Shown here in pieces: positions 12,647-24,986 of a stretch of 64,000 nt of DNA. The first letter of the stretch is position 1. Each line of letters opens with the position of its first letter. The position numbers and the translations under genes are program-made. The notes under the pieces are model-generated. The model made no database searches and was not told where the DNA came from. It was given only the letters and a program-made list of their open reading frames with translations. Origin of the DNA: Gammaproteobacteria bacterium (lineage in GTDB: Bacteria; Pseudomonadota; Gammaproteobacteria; Eutrophobiales; Eutrophobiaceae); assembly GCA_963422205.2 (NCBI GenBank), contig CAXMWX010000001.1:551011-615010 (forward strand), written 5' to 3'.

Positions 12647-12937
12647 TCATACGATGATCGGTTCCCGAACAACAGCGTTAAATTCCTTGCCGAGGCTGGT
12701 CACTCTCGGCGCCACCGCATCGGCAGGCCCCAGATCCAGTATCAAGATATGATCCTCTCGATGGTGGATCAGCTCATCCAGCATGGCGATGAGCTCCGCA
12801 TGGCGCCTGGCGGACAAACGGCACTGGAAGACAGATAATTGCAACCATTCGCCATAGCCACGCAGCAGCGTGAATATGGCGCGCCCGCGCCTGGCATCGC
12901 CGATGTCGTATGCGATCACATAAAGATGCTCATTCAT
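12647..12937 (-). CDS. cas2: CRISPR-associated endonuclease Cas2
   Basis: 96 aa, YVIAYDI...LRGYGEWLQLSVFQC, adjacent to array. Confidence 0.97.
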   Translation of the reverse strand: MNEHLYVIAYDIGDARRGRAIFTLLRGYGEWLQLSVFQCRLSARRHAELIAMLDELIHHREDHILILDLGPADAVAPRVTSLGKEFNAVVREPIIV

Positions 12938-12943
12938 GTCGCC

Positions 12944-14653
12944 TCATCTGGTTATCAGTTGTGGAAAGGCGATCATATCGCCTAACAGAAATCTGGAGAG
13001 CAACCTGGCCTGCAATTCAAGCAGGCGCCGATAACTCAGCCGGTAGCCAAACAGCGGGTGCGTTATCTCCTGGCTTAGGCGTCTTTCATAGGCGGCGATA
13101 AAACGCTTGCGCCCATCGGCGGTTAAATTAACACTGCCAGCGGCGGCGACAAAGTCGCTTGGCCTGAGCTCGCCATTGTTAATCACGGTAAGCACGGTGG
13201 AGTCCGCTATGAGTGGTCGGAACGGCTCCATCATGTCCAACGCCAGGGCCGGTCGGCCATAGCGGGGCTGATGATAAAACCCGCGGTAAGCATCAAAGCC
13301 GACTGCCGTTAAGGTCACCGTCCAGGTCTTCACCAGCAAGGCATAGGCGTATGAGAGCATGGCATTGACCGCATCGGCGGGCGGGCGGCGGTTGCGGCTG
13401 GCAAAATCAAAGGTGATGTTCTGGTGTGCTTCCTGGTGTTTAATGAGATAGTCAAATGCGCCGAAATAGTTCGCTGCCGCGTTGCCCTCCACCCCCAGCA
13501 GCTGCTGGATGGATGAGGCCCGGCCAGCCTGGTCGGCATCGCGCCGCAGGGTCTTTATCAGTGGCTTGCTGCTGTGTTCTGCCTTCCAGTTACGGCGCAA
13601 CAAGGTACGGCAATTCAAAATCTTCGCACGCACCAGGCCCCTGGCTAACGTCAAACACACCTGCTCATCAAAACTCGCCTTGTATTGGGCGGTGCGTATT
13701 TCAACATTCTTATGACCCACGCCAATGCTGTGTCCTAAAAACCAGCCGCCGTAAGAGTGCCAGCTCACCGGTATTTCCCGCCGCATCAACTCATGCAGGG
13801 TCGGCGTTGTCAGATAAATATTGCCCATCAATATCACCTGCGAGACATCCACCAGACGGGCGTGGGTCACCGGCTCATCGCCAATGGAAATCTCCAGCCG
13901 CTCGCCGCGCTTGCGAACAGCCGCCTTATGCGCCTGAACATACAGCGGCAGGGCGGTATCATGGCCGATGGTCAGCAGCCTTGGCGGGGTATCGGTTCTG
14001 TGAAAAAAATTCACCTCATCCGGCAGGCAAATACCCACCAGCGAACAGCGCGGACACTTAGGGCTGTCTTCGAGCGGGGGCGGCATCTGGCCGCCCGCGG
14101 CGATCAACCGCATCCCATTGATCGCGGACAATGTCGCATTATGCAGTTCCTCATCAAATCGTACCGCTACCTTCTCTTTCGAGCCGGCAAAATACAGAAA
14201 ACCCGAATCGCACTCATAGCCATGCTCTTGCAGCAACATGCCTTGCAGGCACAGTTGCACGCGCTCCGGCGCATAAGCGCCCTTGGCAACGTGCGGTCGT
14301 TTGCCTTTTTTATAATCCACCGGTATCACCTTGCCCGCCTCCGCCTCCACCAGGTCCAGCTTGGCAATGACGCCGAGGCGCTCTGATGACAGCGTGACGG
14401 AGCGTGAATGAAAAGCATCATCCTGGTTCAGCTCGGTCGCTGCCGGTAATTTGTTATCCGGCGTATCAACGCGCCGATGCTGATAACGGCCGGCCACGGT
14501 ATCGGCGGATTCAGCCCATTCGCCCTGCACCCATTCAAGGTAGGCAAGGCGCGGACAATACTGGTATTCATTCACCATCCGTGCAGGCAACAGCGGCAGC
14601 GCTGCTGAGAGTTCCGGTGCAGGCAAGGGCAATGTTATCTGGGTATCCGTCAT
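12944..14653 (-). CDS. cas4-cas1: Cas4-Cas1 fusion (type I-G)
   Basis: Cas4 motifs (YCPR, KLDLVE, DYKKG, CPRCSLVGIC Fe-S cysteines) followed by Cas1 (GVEGNAA, RNRRPP, NAMLSYAY, GFYH, LALDMMEPFRP). Start could extend to 14689. Confidence 0.97.
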   Translation of the reverse strand: MTDTQITLPLPAPELSAALPLLPARMVNEYQYCPRLAYLEWVQGEWAESADTVAGRYQHRRVDTPDNKLPAATELNQDDAFHSRSVTLSSERLGVIAKLDLVEAEAGKVIPVDYKKGKRPHVAKGAYAPERVQLCLQGMLLQEHGYECDSGFLYFAGSKEKVAVRFDEELHNATLSAINGMRLIAAGGQMPPPLEDSPKCPRCSLVGICLPDEVNFFHRTDTPPRLLTIGHDTALPLYVQAHKAAVRKRGERLEISIGDEPVTHARLVDVSQVILMGNIYLTTPTLHELMRREIPVSWHSYGGWFLGHSIGVGHKNVEIRTAQYKASFDEQVCLTLARGLVRAKILNCRTLLRRNWKAEHSSKPLIKTLRRDADQAGRASSIQQLLGVEGNAAANYFGAFDYLIKHQEAHQNITFDFASRNRRPPADAVNAMLSYAYALLVKTWTVTLTAVGFDAYRGFYHQPRYGRPALALDMMEPFRPLIADSTVLTVINNGELRPSDFVAAAGSVNLTADGRKRFIAAYERRLSQEITHPLFGYRLSYRRLLELQARLLSRFLLGDMIAFPQLITR

Positions 14654-14853
14654 GTCAGAACATTGGTTTATTTTTCCGACCGCTATCATAGCAGTAATGC
14701 TGGGCAGGCTTTAGCGAAGATGCGGTGGATGACGCTAAGGCAGCATCGTGTTTACAGGCAAGTGAAATAAGGCAGCGGTATGTATGCCATACGCCCTGGC
14801 TTTAATTACTTGTACTTCATAACTCGCTGCCGCCCGGTGTTACCTCTCATCCG

Positions 14854-15798
14854 TTATGTTGCTGGCTCAACGGGGACAGCAGCCGTGAAGTTACGGTATT
14901 TGCCAACAGTAATGCGCTGAGAGCGGTATATTTCACCAATACCACGCGCTTGAAGTGCATCAAAGTCTTGGTGTGTAAAGACAGGTTTTTGCAGTACTTT
15001 TATTGTTAAAAGAGAACGTACAGTATCCAAACCCACAGGAAAGCGCCACATCGGCCAGGCCCAGAAGGTATCTTTACTGCCTTTCCCCCGAAAACCTATG
15101 GTGTGCAATTGCTGGCCTACCGGGGCAGTTGACATAAGCGGAAGTCCTTCAATCGCCAATCTGTTTGCTCCCCGAACCGTCATGATGGTATCTCCACTCG
15201 GATCCCTCCATCTAAGTGCGTAACGCCGGTCATCTACAGGGTCCCAACGGAGACTTGGTTTTTCATCAGCGTATGTCCACTGATGAAACAGGGCGCTTTT
15301 CAGATCGGTTTTTTTCGTTTCCTCTCTTATCTTTCGCATGGACTTCAAAAAATGCTGGTGTCCTGCACCACTCATGGTTCTCAAGGCAGTATCCACAATC
15401 ATACCTTTATCGTCTGTAACTGCCTCAGAGCCAAGGGCCGCCAAAAATCTTACATATTCTTGCTCGTCAAACCTTGCTCGTTCCAAGGCATCAGCAGCAA
15501 TTTTACGGAAGCAGTCAGGAGAGAATTTTATGTTATCGCTCAGTTCAAATGCTTCACTACCGGGGGATTTTTCTAAGAACAGGGCTAATTGTTCAAGCAG
15601 CTCATCTTGCGTTATGGCGATGCCAAATTTCAATGCCGGATTCCACACCGCCCGGGCACACCAGTAAAGTTTGGGATCCCATGCAGGCTTGCATAATGAA
15701 CAGGAACGCAAAGTGCCCAAGGCCGCCAAAAAACCCAATGGGTTGGCACCGTTAATTCCGACCAGGATATGCTCGTTCTGTTTTTTCTGCTGATTCAT
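14854..15798 (-). CDS. cas8g: Type I-G large subunit Cas8g (short Cas8u2/Csb3-like form)
   Basis: 314 aa following cas3; GINGANPLGFLAALG N-terminal motif, LRWDP..DRRYA and GANRLAIEGLPL motifs of I-G Cas8. Confidence 0.8.
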   Translation of the reverse strand: MNQQKKQNEHILVGINGANPLGFLAALGTLRSCSLCKPAWDPKLYWCARAVWNPALKFGIAITQDELLEQLALFLEKSPGSEAFELSDNIKFSPDCFRKIAADALERARFDEQEYVRFLAALGSEAVTDDKGMIVDTALRTMSGAGHQHFLKSMRKIREETKKTDLKSALFHQWTYADEKPSLRWDPVDDRRYALRWRDPSGDTIMTVRGANRLAIEGLPLMSTAPVGQQLHTIGFRGKGSKDTFWAWPMWRFPVGLDTVRSLLTIKVLQKPVFTHQDFDALQARGIGEIYRSQRITVGKYRNFTAAVPVEPAT

Positions 15799-18707
15799 CA
15801 GGCAACCTGCCGTTCAATTTGCTGGTGCTTTTGCTCTTCTTCACTGCTTCTCCAATCCGCCAGGCGCATCAAAGTCTCCAGCCATGCCAACCCCCACCAG
15901 CCATAACGGCGCACCAGCAGCCAGAAGCGCTCACTGATGCCGCTATCTATACGTTCAAGCCCTGTATTAGTATCGGCACTGAGTTCATGACTATCAAAAG
16001 TCATTGTCACTTTTTGCGGTGCTTGATCGTGAATGACCGGTGCAAATGGACGGCAACGACCATGATGGCTGGCGATAAGGTGCAATACCAAGTCCGAGTC
16101 ATGCGCCTGGCGCAGTAATACCGGTGCGCTTTCCGCCAGGCGCACGGAGAGCAGTTCATGCCGACCGCCTTTGGGGTAGCGGCTGCTTTTACGGGCGGCG
16201 CGACGCTGCCTTGGGCTTGCCGATATTCGTCCGGACTTGGCAAGTAACTTTCCTGATGCTTTTGCCAGCCAGGGATTACCCTGATGCAGCAATGCCTGAA
16301 AGCGAGGATCGATCTTGCCCAAATCGTGTAGCCGTGCCGCCAGGATGATATCCTCACGCAGTTTCACATCCAAACCCTCAGTAAAACATCTCGCCCAGCG
16401 TCCCACGCCTTCCAGGTGTTCTGTCAATTCCACCGGCACAGTGGCCGAGGATAAATCATCTTCATCGCTGAAGGATGAATGCTCTTCATCACTCGGCAGG
16501 TTTTTACTACCCTGCAATATCCAGCCGCCACAGGGATGCGGCAAACAGCGCAGTTTTTTATCGCTTGCAAGCGCCGAAGCGATTTCTTTCAGCCAGTCCG
16601 GCTCCGCCGTCTTGCTGAGTGTATCCAGTGGCTGACGTAACACCTGATACGCATCGTCTGCTGGAATATCGGTCTGCTCAACAAACTGCATAAAGAAATC
16701 ACGCATCTCCCCCGTCGGCCAGCGCACCAACAATGCCGGATGAATGCGTAATACAGGGCGTCTTTTCATTTTGAATACGGCCTGCTCGGCGCAATCTTCC
16801 CAAGCACCTTGCGGAATATGCCCCAGGTCATCCCAGCCTTTTTGCGTTGCTGGTAATACCACCACATCACCGGGACGCAGGTCGGCAGGTTCTTGGTAAA
16901 TCCGGCTTTGCTCATCTTCCGGGCCGAACCAGCGAATGAATCGCCTCTCCTGATTGCTCTTGCTCTGCACATCGTCAGCCAACCTCTGCCCGTCAACATC
17001 ACTGAGTTGATCAGTGACATCGCTGCCCTGTAACCATGAACGCATCACCGCCAGAGGCACCGGCATACACTCCATCGCCAGCGGCATGCACAGCCCCAGC
17101 GCTTCTATGCAGGATGACTCATCCTTTATTATCAAATCAGCACGCCAGCACACCAGCACATCCGCCGGGCCACGCTTTGGACCGTGCAGAAAAACGGCAA
17201 CATCGGGATCGGGTGCCGGTTTGGGCGAGGTTTGCACCAATAAATCCAGATGGGAAGGCAACAGCACCGGCGCATTTTGGGCAGGCGTGGAGAGTGGTTG
17301 TAATAATTCCCGACAAGCATCTTCCTCAGCAGGCAGTAACTGCTGAAATTGCTTGATGCCGAAATCAATCTGTTCTCGTCCATCTTTGGTTAGCCATTGC
17401 CAGGTGTTGGCCAGAGCCTCGCCGTACACCGGATCGGGCGACTCTGTTTTAATTTGATCCTGCCGCACCATGATCACGCCACGGGCATCAATCTGACAGC
17501 CACCGCGATTCAAGCGCCCGAACCGTTGCCGCAAGGCATCCAGCCCGGCACACTCAGTAACCAGCACATCAAAATCCAGATTGGCACCCACTTCCAGGGT
17601 CTGCGTGGCCACCACCACGACCGGTCGTTCGAGGCTACGCTCAGCATCACCGCTACGCACCGCCAGTTTATGTATCCATTCACCAACGATGGCATCCTTG
17701 TCCACAGTACGCATACGACCGGTGAGCAACACACTGTCAATATCACCCCGGGCCTGCAAATCCTGGTAAATCAGACATGCGGTTTTCACCCGGTTGACGA
17801 TCACACCTATTGCCTGCACACCGCTTTCAAGGAAGATCTCTATCTCGCCGTTCATCGCCTTGGCCAATTCGGGTAGCGCCGCCTTGTCTTTGGCTTTTTT
17901 CGCCTCCTTTAACTCAACCGGCTTGGATGCCATGATTCTCGGCCCCAGCACCTCATGGCTTTTATCATCATCGTCAATCCTGAATATCTCATCCTCGCTC
18001 ACCTCATCCGGCGGTGTTGCCGACAGCATGGTATGGACGAAGGGGGCGGCCAGCTTTTCGCTTTCCGCCCATCGGCGGTATTTGCCAATCGCCTGCAAGG
18101 TTTGTCGGAACGGATTGGCACAATGTGCCTCATCAAGGATAATCAGAGCATCGTTGGCCGCCATTGCCGCGTGTATGGGCACCGTATAATCAGAGCGTAA
18201 GCCGTAACCCCGGTATAACAGCCTAGAGCCGATCTGATCGACCGTGCTGGCGATAACGCAGGGTTGCAACGGATTTCTTATCCATTGATCATCGCGATAG
18301 ATCCCGCCACGTAGCTGCACACAGGCCAACGGCAAGGGGCCGCTTGCCAGTGTACGCAAACGTTGGGCAACGGTGTGCAATATACCCACCTCGGCTTGCT
18401 CAAGTTTGGCGGCGATTCTCTGCGCCCGTTCATAAGCCTCATCAACGATGATCCGGCGATCAACCACAAAAAAGATCCGCCGGGGCGCTGCACACTGGGC
18501 TAACTGCTGCTCTGCCTGACTGGCCAGGGCGAACAAGGCGATATCCATGCAAGCGGTTTTACCAGCACCAGTGGGCACGGCAATACAGGGTGGCCACGGC
18601 TCGCCCTTCGCGATTCGCAAGGCCAGTTTTTTCTGCCAGGGGAAGGGAGCATAGCCATGCAGTGCCTGAAAAAAATCCGTAAACTGCTCTGCTTGCAAGG
18701 CTGGCAT
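15798..18707 (-). CDS. cas3: Type I-G Cas3 helicase with C-terminal HD nuclease (intact)
   Basis: PFPWQ, VPTGAGKT, VVDRR, DEAH, SAT, TQTLEVGANLD, QRFGRLNR; C-terminal HL..HDLGK..RHE..SHHG..LAD. Confidence 0.96.
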   Translation of the reverse strand: MPALQAEQFTDFFQALHGYAPFPWQKKLALRIAKGEPWPPCIAVPTGAGKTACMDIALFALASQAEQQLAQCAAPRRIFFVVDRRIIVDEAYERAQRIAAKLEQAEVGILHTVAQRLRTLASGPLPLACVQLRGGIYRDDQWIRNPLQPCVIASTVDQIGSRLLYRGYGLRSDYTVPIHAAMAANDALIILDEAHCANPFRQTLQAIGKYRRWAESEKLAAPFVHTMLSATPPDEVSEDEIFRIDDDDKSHEVLGPRIMASKPVELKEAKKAKDKAALPELAKAMNGEIEIFLESGVQAIGVIVNRVKTACLIYQDLQARGDIDSVLLTGRMRTVDKDAIVGEWIHKLAVRSGDAERSLERPVVVVATQTLEVGANLDFDVLVTECAGLDALRQRFGRLNRGGCQIDARGVIMVRQDQIKTESPDPVYGEALANTWQWLTKDGREQIDFGIKQFQQLLPAEEDACRELLQPLSTPAQNAPVLLPSHLDLLVQTSPKPAPDPDVAVFLHGPKRGPADVLVCWRADLIIKDESSCIEALGLCMPLAMECMPVPLAVMRSWLQGSDVTDQLSDVDGQRLADDVQSKSNQERRFIRWFGPEDEQSRIYQEPADLRPGDVVVLPATQKGWDDLGHIPQGAWEDCAEQAVFKMKRRPVLRIHPALLVRWPTGEMRDFFMQFVEQTDIPADDAYQVLRQPLDTLSKTAEPDWLKEIASALASDKKLRCLPHPCGGWILQGSKNLPSDEEHSSFSDEDDLSSATVPVELTEHLEGVGRWARCFTEGLDVKLREDIILAARLHDLGKIDPRFQALLHQGNPWLAKASGKLLAKSGRISASPRQRRAARKSSRYPKGGRHELLSVRLAESAPVLLRQAHDSDLVLHLIASHHGRCRPFAPVIHDQAPQKVTMTFDSHELSADTNTGLERIDSGISERFWLLVRRYGWWGLAWLETLMRLADWRSSEEEQKHQQIERQVA

Positions 18708-20287
18708 TACGAGCGTTCTTCACGCATGGGACGCAACAGGCCATAGCCACGAAAGCGCCCGGCACCCAGCAATATAGGCCCCTGTACCGGCTGGGAAAAC
18801 TCCAATACTACATGACTATGGCGCATGGTACCGCCACCCTGCTTGCGTTGCATGGGGGGATAAACATGCTGAGGCGGTACGCCGATGATCGGGCTGATAC
18901 CTGTAGCCAAAACATGCGCTGGTCGCGGCAGGCTGATACGCTCACAGGCCAAGGTGAGCATTCCGGCAATTTGTTTGTCTTTATCCTTACCCTTGGGATG
19001 CCGATCAAACACCACGGGTGTGACCGAGGCCCAACAGGTAGCGGGGCGATTCCAGGTATCCGCCCTCAAGGCAAACGGCGGAAAATCAGCAAGTTCCAAC
19101 TGCACTTGCCAATCAAACAAACGGCCATGATAAAGCCGAAGTGGCTGTTGATGACCGGCATCATCGAATTGCGTCAGCCAGCCGAAATAATGATGCAAGG
19201 CATCTTGCGGTGCGGTTCTCGGCAGGGCGATGGCAACGCCAAGCAGGTGACCATCGGCATGTTCACGACCCACATGCGGCAGGGGAAACATGGCGATATG
19301 GGGTTGGCGGGATGGCGCACCTTGGCGGCTGTGGCCGCTAATCCACTCAGGGATTGGCGGTTTGCAATTCTTCAACAGCGTATCTCGCAGCGTTTTCGTC
19401 AGTAGCAACGTGCTTTCAAGCCCTAGCGGTCTGCCGCTGATGCGCTTGATGATAATCAATCTGGGATCAAATAAACTGCCCAGTATTTCTCTGGCAGCAC
19501 CGCTGTCTTTAATTCTTGCATAGCCCTGCGCTCTTCCCCGCTCAGGGCGCAGGCGCTTTGGTTCGCCGGCAGGAAATTCGTTGTTAATCTGTTCTTTTAA
19601 TCTGCGTCTATCATTTCTTGTGGCGCTTTCATGTTCTGCCTTCAACCCATGGTATTCATCAATCGCCGCTTCGTTATAAAAGCGTTTAAGCGCATCTAAC
19701 CGGCCAGGCCACGGAACACGGAGGCTGTAATCACGTCGGTCGTCACTCGGCACAAGACTTCCCCCGGGCGGATTCTGACAGAGCCAGACCTGCACCAGCG
19801 ATGCCGAGTGTCCAAGCGAAGTCACATTGCGGCATAAATGAACCAGAGCGTTTTCCCATTCCAAAGGCTGGCTATCTGTCCAGATGAAGTACACCCGGGG
19901 GTCATCGGGGATGGCAACGGGGAAATGCCTGGGTTGCCGTGAGCGCTTTTCCGGTAACAAGGAAAGACCGCTTTTTAACTGTTCTTTTGAGGGAGTTCCG
20001 TTTTCTCTTAATCTTGGCATCTGCACATCATTCACCGGTACATAGCTGGTCACTGTTTTTCGCGGTTTTGCCAGTGAGCAGTATAATGATGGTGCGCCCT
20101 GATGCTCCAGCCATTGTAACGCCTGTTCGGCCTCGGTCCTCGGGACATCATCAGCCTGAAAACAAGCGGCGGTCAAGGCCATAAACAAACGCTCTGGATG
20201 CGGCGGCCATTCGGCCTGCTGTTTCTTGGCCCCGTCCGCCGCCGCCATTGACCAGCCCATCAGGTAATGTACGCCGATGGTCAGCAT
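18707..20287 (-). CDS. csb2: Csb2 (Cas5/Cas6-like RAMP of type I-G), intact
   Basis: EWPPHPERLFMAL, YVPVND, SLGHSASLV, WASVTP, and C-terminal G-loop GPILLGAGRFRGYGL. Confidence 0.93.
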   Translation of the reverse strand: MLTIGVHYLMGWSMAAADGAKKQQAEWPPHPERLFMALTAACFQADDVPRTEAEQALQWLEHQGAPSLYCSLAKPRKTVTSYVPVNDVQMPRLRENGTPSKEQLKSGLSLLPEKRSRQPRHFPVAIPDDPRVYFIWTDSQPLEWENALVHLCRNVTSLGHSASLVQVWLCQNPPGGSLVPSDDRRDYSLRVPWPGRLDALKRFYNEAAIDEYHGLKAEHESATRNDRRRLKEQINNEFPAGEPKRLRPERGRAQGYARIKDSGAAREILGSLFDPRLIIIKRISGRPLGLESTLLLTKTLRDTLLKNCKPPIPEWISGHSRQGAPSRQPHIAMFPLPHVGREHADGHLLGVAIALPRTAPQDALHHYFGWLTQFDDAGHQQPLRLYHGRLFDWQVQLELADFPPFALRADTWNRPATCWASVTPVVFDRHPKGKDKDKQIAGMLTLACERISLPRPAHVLATGISPIIGVPPQHVYPPMQRKQGGGTMRHSHVVLEFSQPVQGPILLGAGRFRGYGLLRPMREERS

Positions 20288-20290
20288 TAC

Positions 20291-21517
20291 TTAATCTTCC
20301 GCACCTGTTTGGATTGCCGTCTGTTTCTGGCTGCGTCTGACTAAATCAACCAGTTGCGGAGAGGGTGAAAGTACCAGTTTTTGCTCCATCCATGGCAGGT
20401 TTCTCTCTCTCGCCTCATCCAGGGCCCGGTTAAATACGGCAATCGCCTGTTCGGCGTTGAGTGTAAAACGGGCCGGTGCTGTCTCGGGATCATCCAGCAA
20501 TTCCCACACAAATGAACTTTGTGGGAACAGCTGGCAGCGCGAGCGCAGATCCAGCCCTTTCTCTCGCATCAGGGTTGCCGCCAGCAAACCAAGCCCCGCC
20601 AATACCGTCCTTGCTGCCCGGTTGGTTTCCACATCAGAGCGCGTATCGCCAAACGGAAAACACAAACGGCGCAACGCTGGCAGGGAAAGCACGGTAGTCT
20701 GCAAGGCTTTGTCCATGGTGATCCCGCCGCCTTCGCCTTCTTTGGAGATTGAAGGCACCACATTCCCATGATTTACTTCTGACGGCTTGCCGTCTTTACC
20801 GCACTGAACGGGCTTATCTTTTTCCCTTCTTGCGTCACTCTCATTAAGTGTCCAGCTACCATTTTGCGCTTGATACACGGGGCCTGCACTCTTTACTATC
20901 GCCGCCGGATCAATGCGGCTGCCGGTTTTCACACCTATCTTTGCATTGATGCCGATGATCTCCGATACCAGAGCGCGCGCAAACTTCGCTCCCAACCCAC
21001 CACGCGGGCCAGCCGAATCCCACATCCCGAATACCAACGCTGTCGGGCATAATTCCAGTAAGGGCGTGGCATTTTTATTGCTGACATCATCAAGCCTTCT
21101 GCCATGTTCGGTGCTGCGGAACAGAACACCGTTCCGTTGGCTATCCCGCAACAGGGCATCGGCGATACGGTGCGGTGCCTCCAGGCTGGTGATGTGCAGG
21201 TCTTTTGCCAATTCATGGCCCGCAAAATCCACAGTAATCACTGGCAGAGAGATGTGGCCATCATCCCAGGCTTCCAGCAAGGCGAGTTCCATATGATTCG
21301 CTTCTGACTGTACCGAGTTTAGTAATACGCAAGGTACCGGCATATCATAACCTGGTAACACACGCTCTTCGATGGCATACTTGCCACCTTCATAGGTTGG
21401 CGGGAAAACTTTATCACCCGGCCCGCCCATCGGCTGATATTCCGTCACGCAACGAAAGGCCGCCGCTGTGCCTGCAACCGCACTCTTCACCACATCAAAT
21501 GTTAGTTCACCAGTCAT
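20291..21517 (-). CDS. csb1: Csb1/Cas7g backbone subunit, intact
   Basis: PMGGPGDKVFPPTY, SVQSEANHME, APHRIADALLRDS, PTALVFGMWDS, LRSRC. Confidence 0.95.
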   Translation of the reverse strand: MTGELTFDVVKSAVAGTAAAFRCVTEYQPMGGPGDKVFPPTYEGGKYAIEERVLPGYDMPVPCVLLNSVQSEANHMELALLEAWDDGHISLPVITVDFAGHELAKDLHITSLEAPHRIADALLRDSQRNGVLFRSTEHGRRLDDVSNKNATPLLELCPTALVFGMWDSAGPRGGLGAKFARALVSEIIGINAKIGVKTGSRIDPAAIVKSAGPVYQAQNGSWTLNESDARREKDKPVQCGKDGKPSEVNHGNVVPSISKEGEGGGITMDKALQTTVLSLPALRRLCFPFGDTRSDVETNRAARTVLAGLGLLAATLMREKGLDLRSRCQLFPQSSFVWELLDDPETAPARFTLNAEQAIAVFNRALDEARERNLPWMEQKLVLSPSPQLVDLVRRSQKQTAIQTGAED

Positions 21518-21621
21518 GCCTATCTCCTCATCGGAAAGTGAAATACATTGAAAAATTAACGCATTATATTATATTTCGCCCCACTAGGCTCATAACACCT
21601 GTTCGAAATCCATATCATTCA

Positions 21622-21756
21622 TCACAGCATCACTGCCGTCTTTCCCATGCCAGTGGGTACGGCCAGCACGGTCGGCCAGGCCGCCTCGACCAGACGGGAT
21701 TGATACGCATAGGGTTCGTCCCCCGTCGCCTTCTTAAAGAATTGTGAATAATTCAT
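21622..21756 (-). pseudogene. cas3: Relic 5' end (44 aa) of a third type I-G cas3
   Basis: Hand translation of the minus strand: MNYSQFFKKATGDEPYAYQSRLVEAAWPTVLAVPTGMGKTAVML*. Contains the Q-motif and Walker A; too short for the ORF track. Confidence 0.85.
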
Positions 21757-21759
21757 GAA

Positions 21760-22953
21760 TCAATACACCTTATAATGATGCAGCATACGCTGCTTCCTCT
21801 GCTTCGTTGCCTTGATGAGCATCCAGTTGATTTCACCGGTCGCGGTATCGATATCCTGCGGCATGGCAAAGGCCCAAGCAATATCACCCTCAATGAGCGG
21901 ACATGCCGTCGGGATCTGCACCAGCAGGCGGCGGATAGCCCGGTCGGCATGTTGATGACCGATAGAGGGCAGGGGGATAATCTGTAGCCGCCTTGCCTTG
22001 TCGTCTTCGGTCGCATGACGGCACAGGCCAAACACCTGTTCAATAATACTGGTTTTATCGGGAAATTGTTTTTTCAGTTTTGCCGCCGCATTATCCCGTA
22101 CCGTTGTGACCAGGCGCACGCAGTCCTTAAGCGGCCAGCTAAAATAACTGTTCCCGTCGGCAGTCATGTTTCGCAACTCATATAACAAGCGCCCTGGCGG
22201 GCTGTTATAGCTGATTTGACGGAAATGTGGCCTTGGCGGTTGCGTAAAAACCTGGTCGGCGGGCTTTTTTCTGTTGGGGGCTTTCTTTGTCGGGGCGGGT
22301 TTCAGAATCGTGGTAATGCGATTTCTATTCTTCTCATAGCGTTTAATCAGGCTGCAAAGTGAACCGGAGGCCGGGCAGGCCAGCGTATAAGCGCTCTCGC
22401 TGCCTCCCGGACGATAGATCACGCCAGGATAATCAGCCAGGCGGTTGTTCGTTGCTTCCGTTGCCAGAACTTCAGCACTCGCCCAGGCCATGTCGACGCC
22501 ACGCCCGAATTGATAAAGTCGCTTCGCTATCTGGCCTATTCGCCTGGCATGGTTGTTATCGTCCTTACATTGCCAGATGTAGAAAAAGGGTATCTCCTGA
22601 TTAAAAACTAGTGGCTGATGCCGCTTGGCTGCTCGGATTTTCGCAACCGCATTTTCGATTTTCCAATCATGTTCCTTTTTCGGCAACTCCACATCAAGAT
22701 CATTATTCGGCATGAAATTCTTAAAGTCTTGTCCTGTTGTCATCGCTGGCGCAGCGATGACCGGCGAATCAAGCCCTTCCAGCCATGTGAGTGCTTCTCT
22801 ATCTTTCTCATCCAGCCGCGCCCCTTTTGCCGCACCAGCGACCAATGCCTGAAACAGGCGTGCCGGTGATGGCGGCCATTCGGGCCTGCCTTTTGTGTCG
22901 AAGCCGTGGTAGCGGCCATCAAGCAGATTAACGGTAAGCAGAAGACTCGGCAT
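21760..22953 (-). pseudogene. csb2: Second csb2, C-terminally truncated
   Basis: GRYHG, EWPPSPARLFQAL, FMPNNDL, YQFGRGVDMAWA, PLPSIGHQHAD. Stops at 397 aa before the W.(S/T)VTP motif and the G-loop. Confidence 0.85.
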
Positions 22954-22961
22954 GACTAGCC

Positions 22962-24978
<2,017 letters not shown>

Positions 24979-24986
<8 letters not shown>

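Noticed and set aside
14690-14853. Intergenic gap between cas8g and cas4-cas1 as a possible degenerate mini-array (CreA/CreR-like); contains AGCATTAC and ATGAAGT on the minus strand
   Set aside because: Only 7-8 nt resemble the repeat, the hairpin is absent, and I saw no convincing complementarity to the cas promoter regions.
15798-18707. Cas3 with the HD domain at the C-terminus, and the Cas4-Cas1 fusion, as novel architectures
   Set aside because: Both are standard for type I-G.
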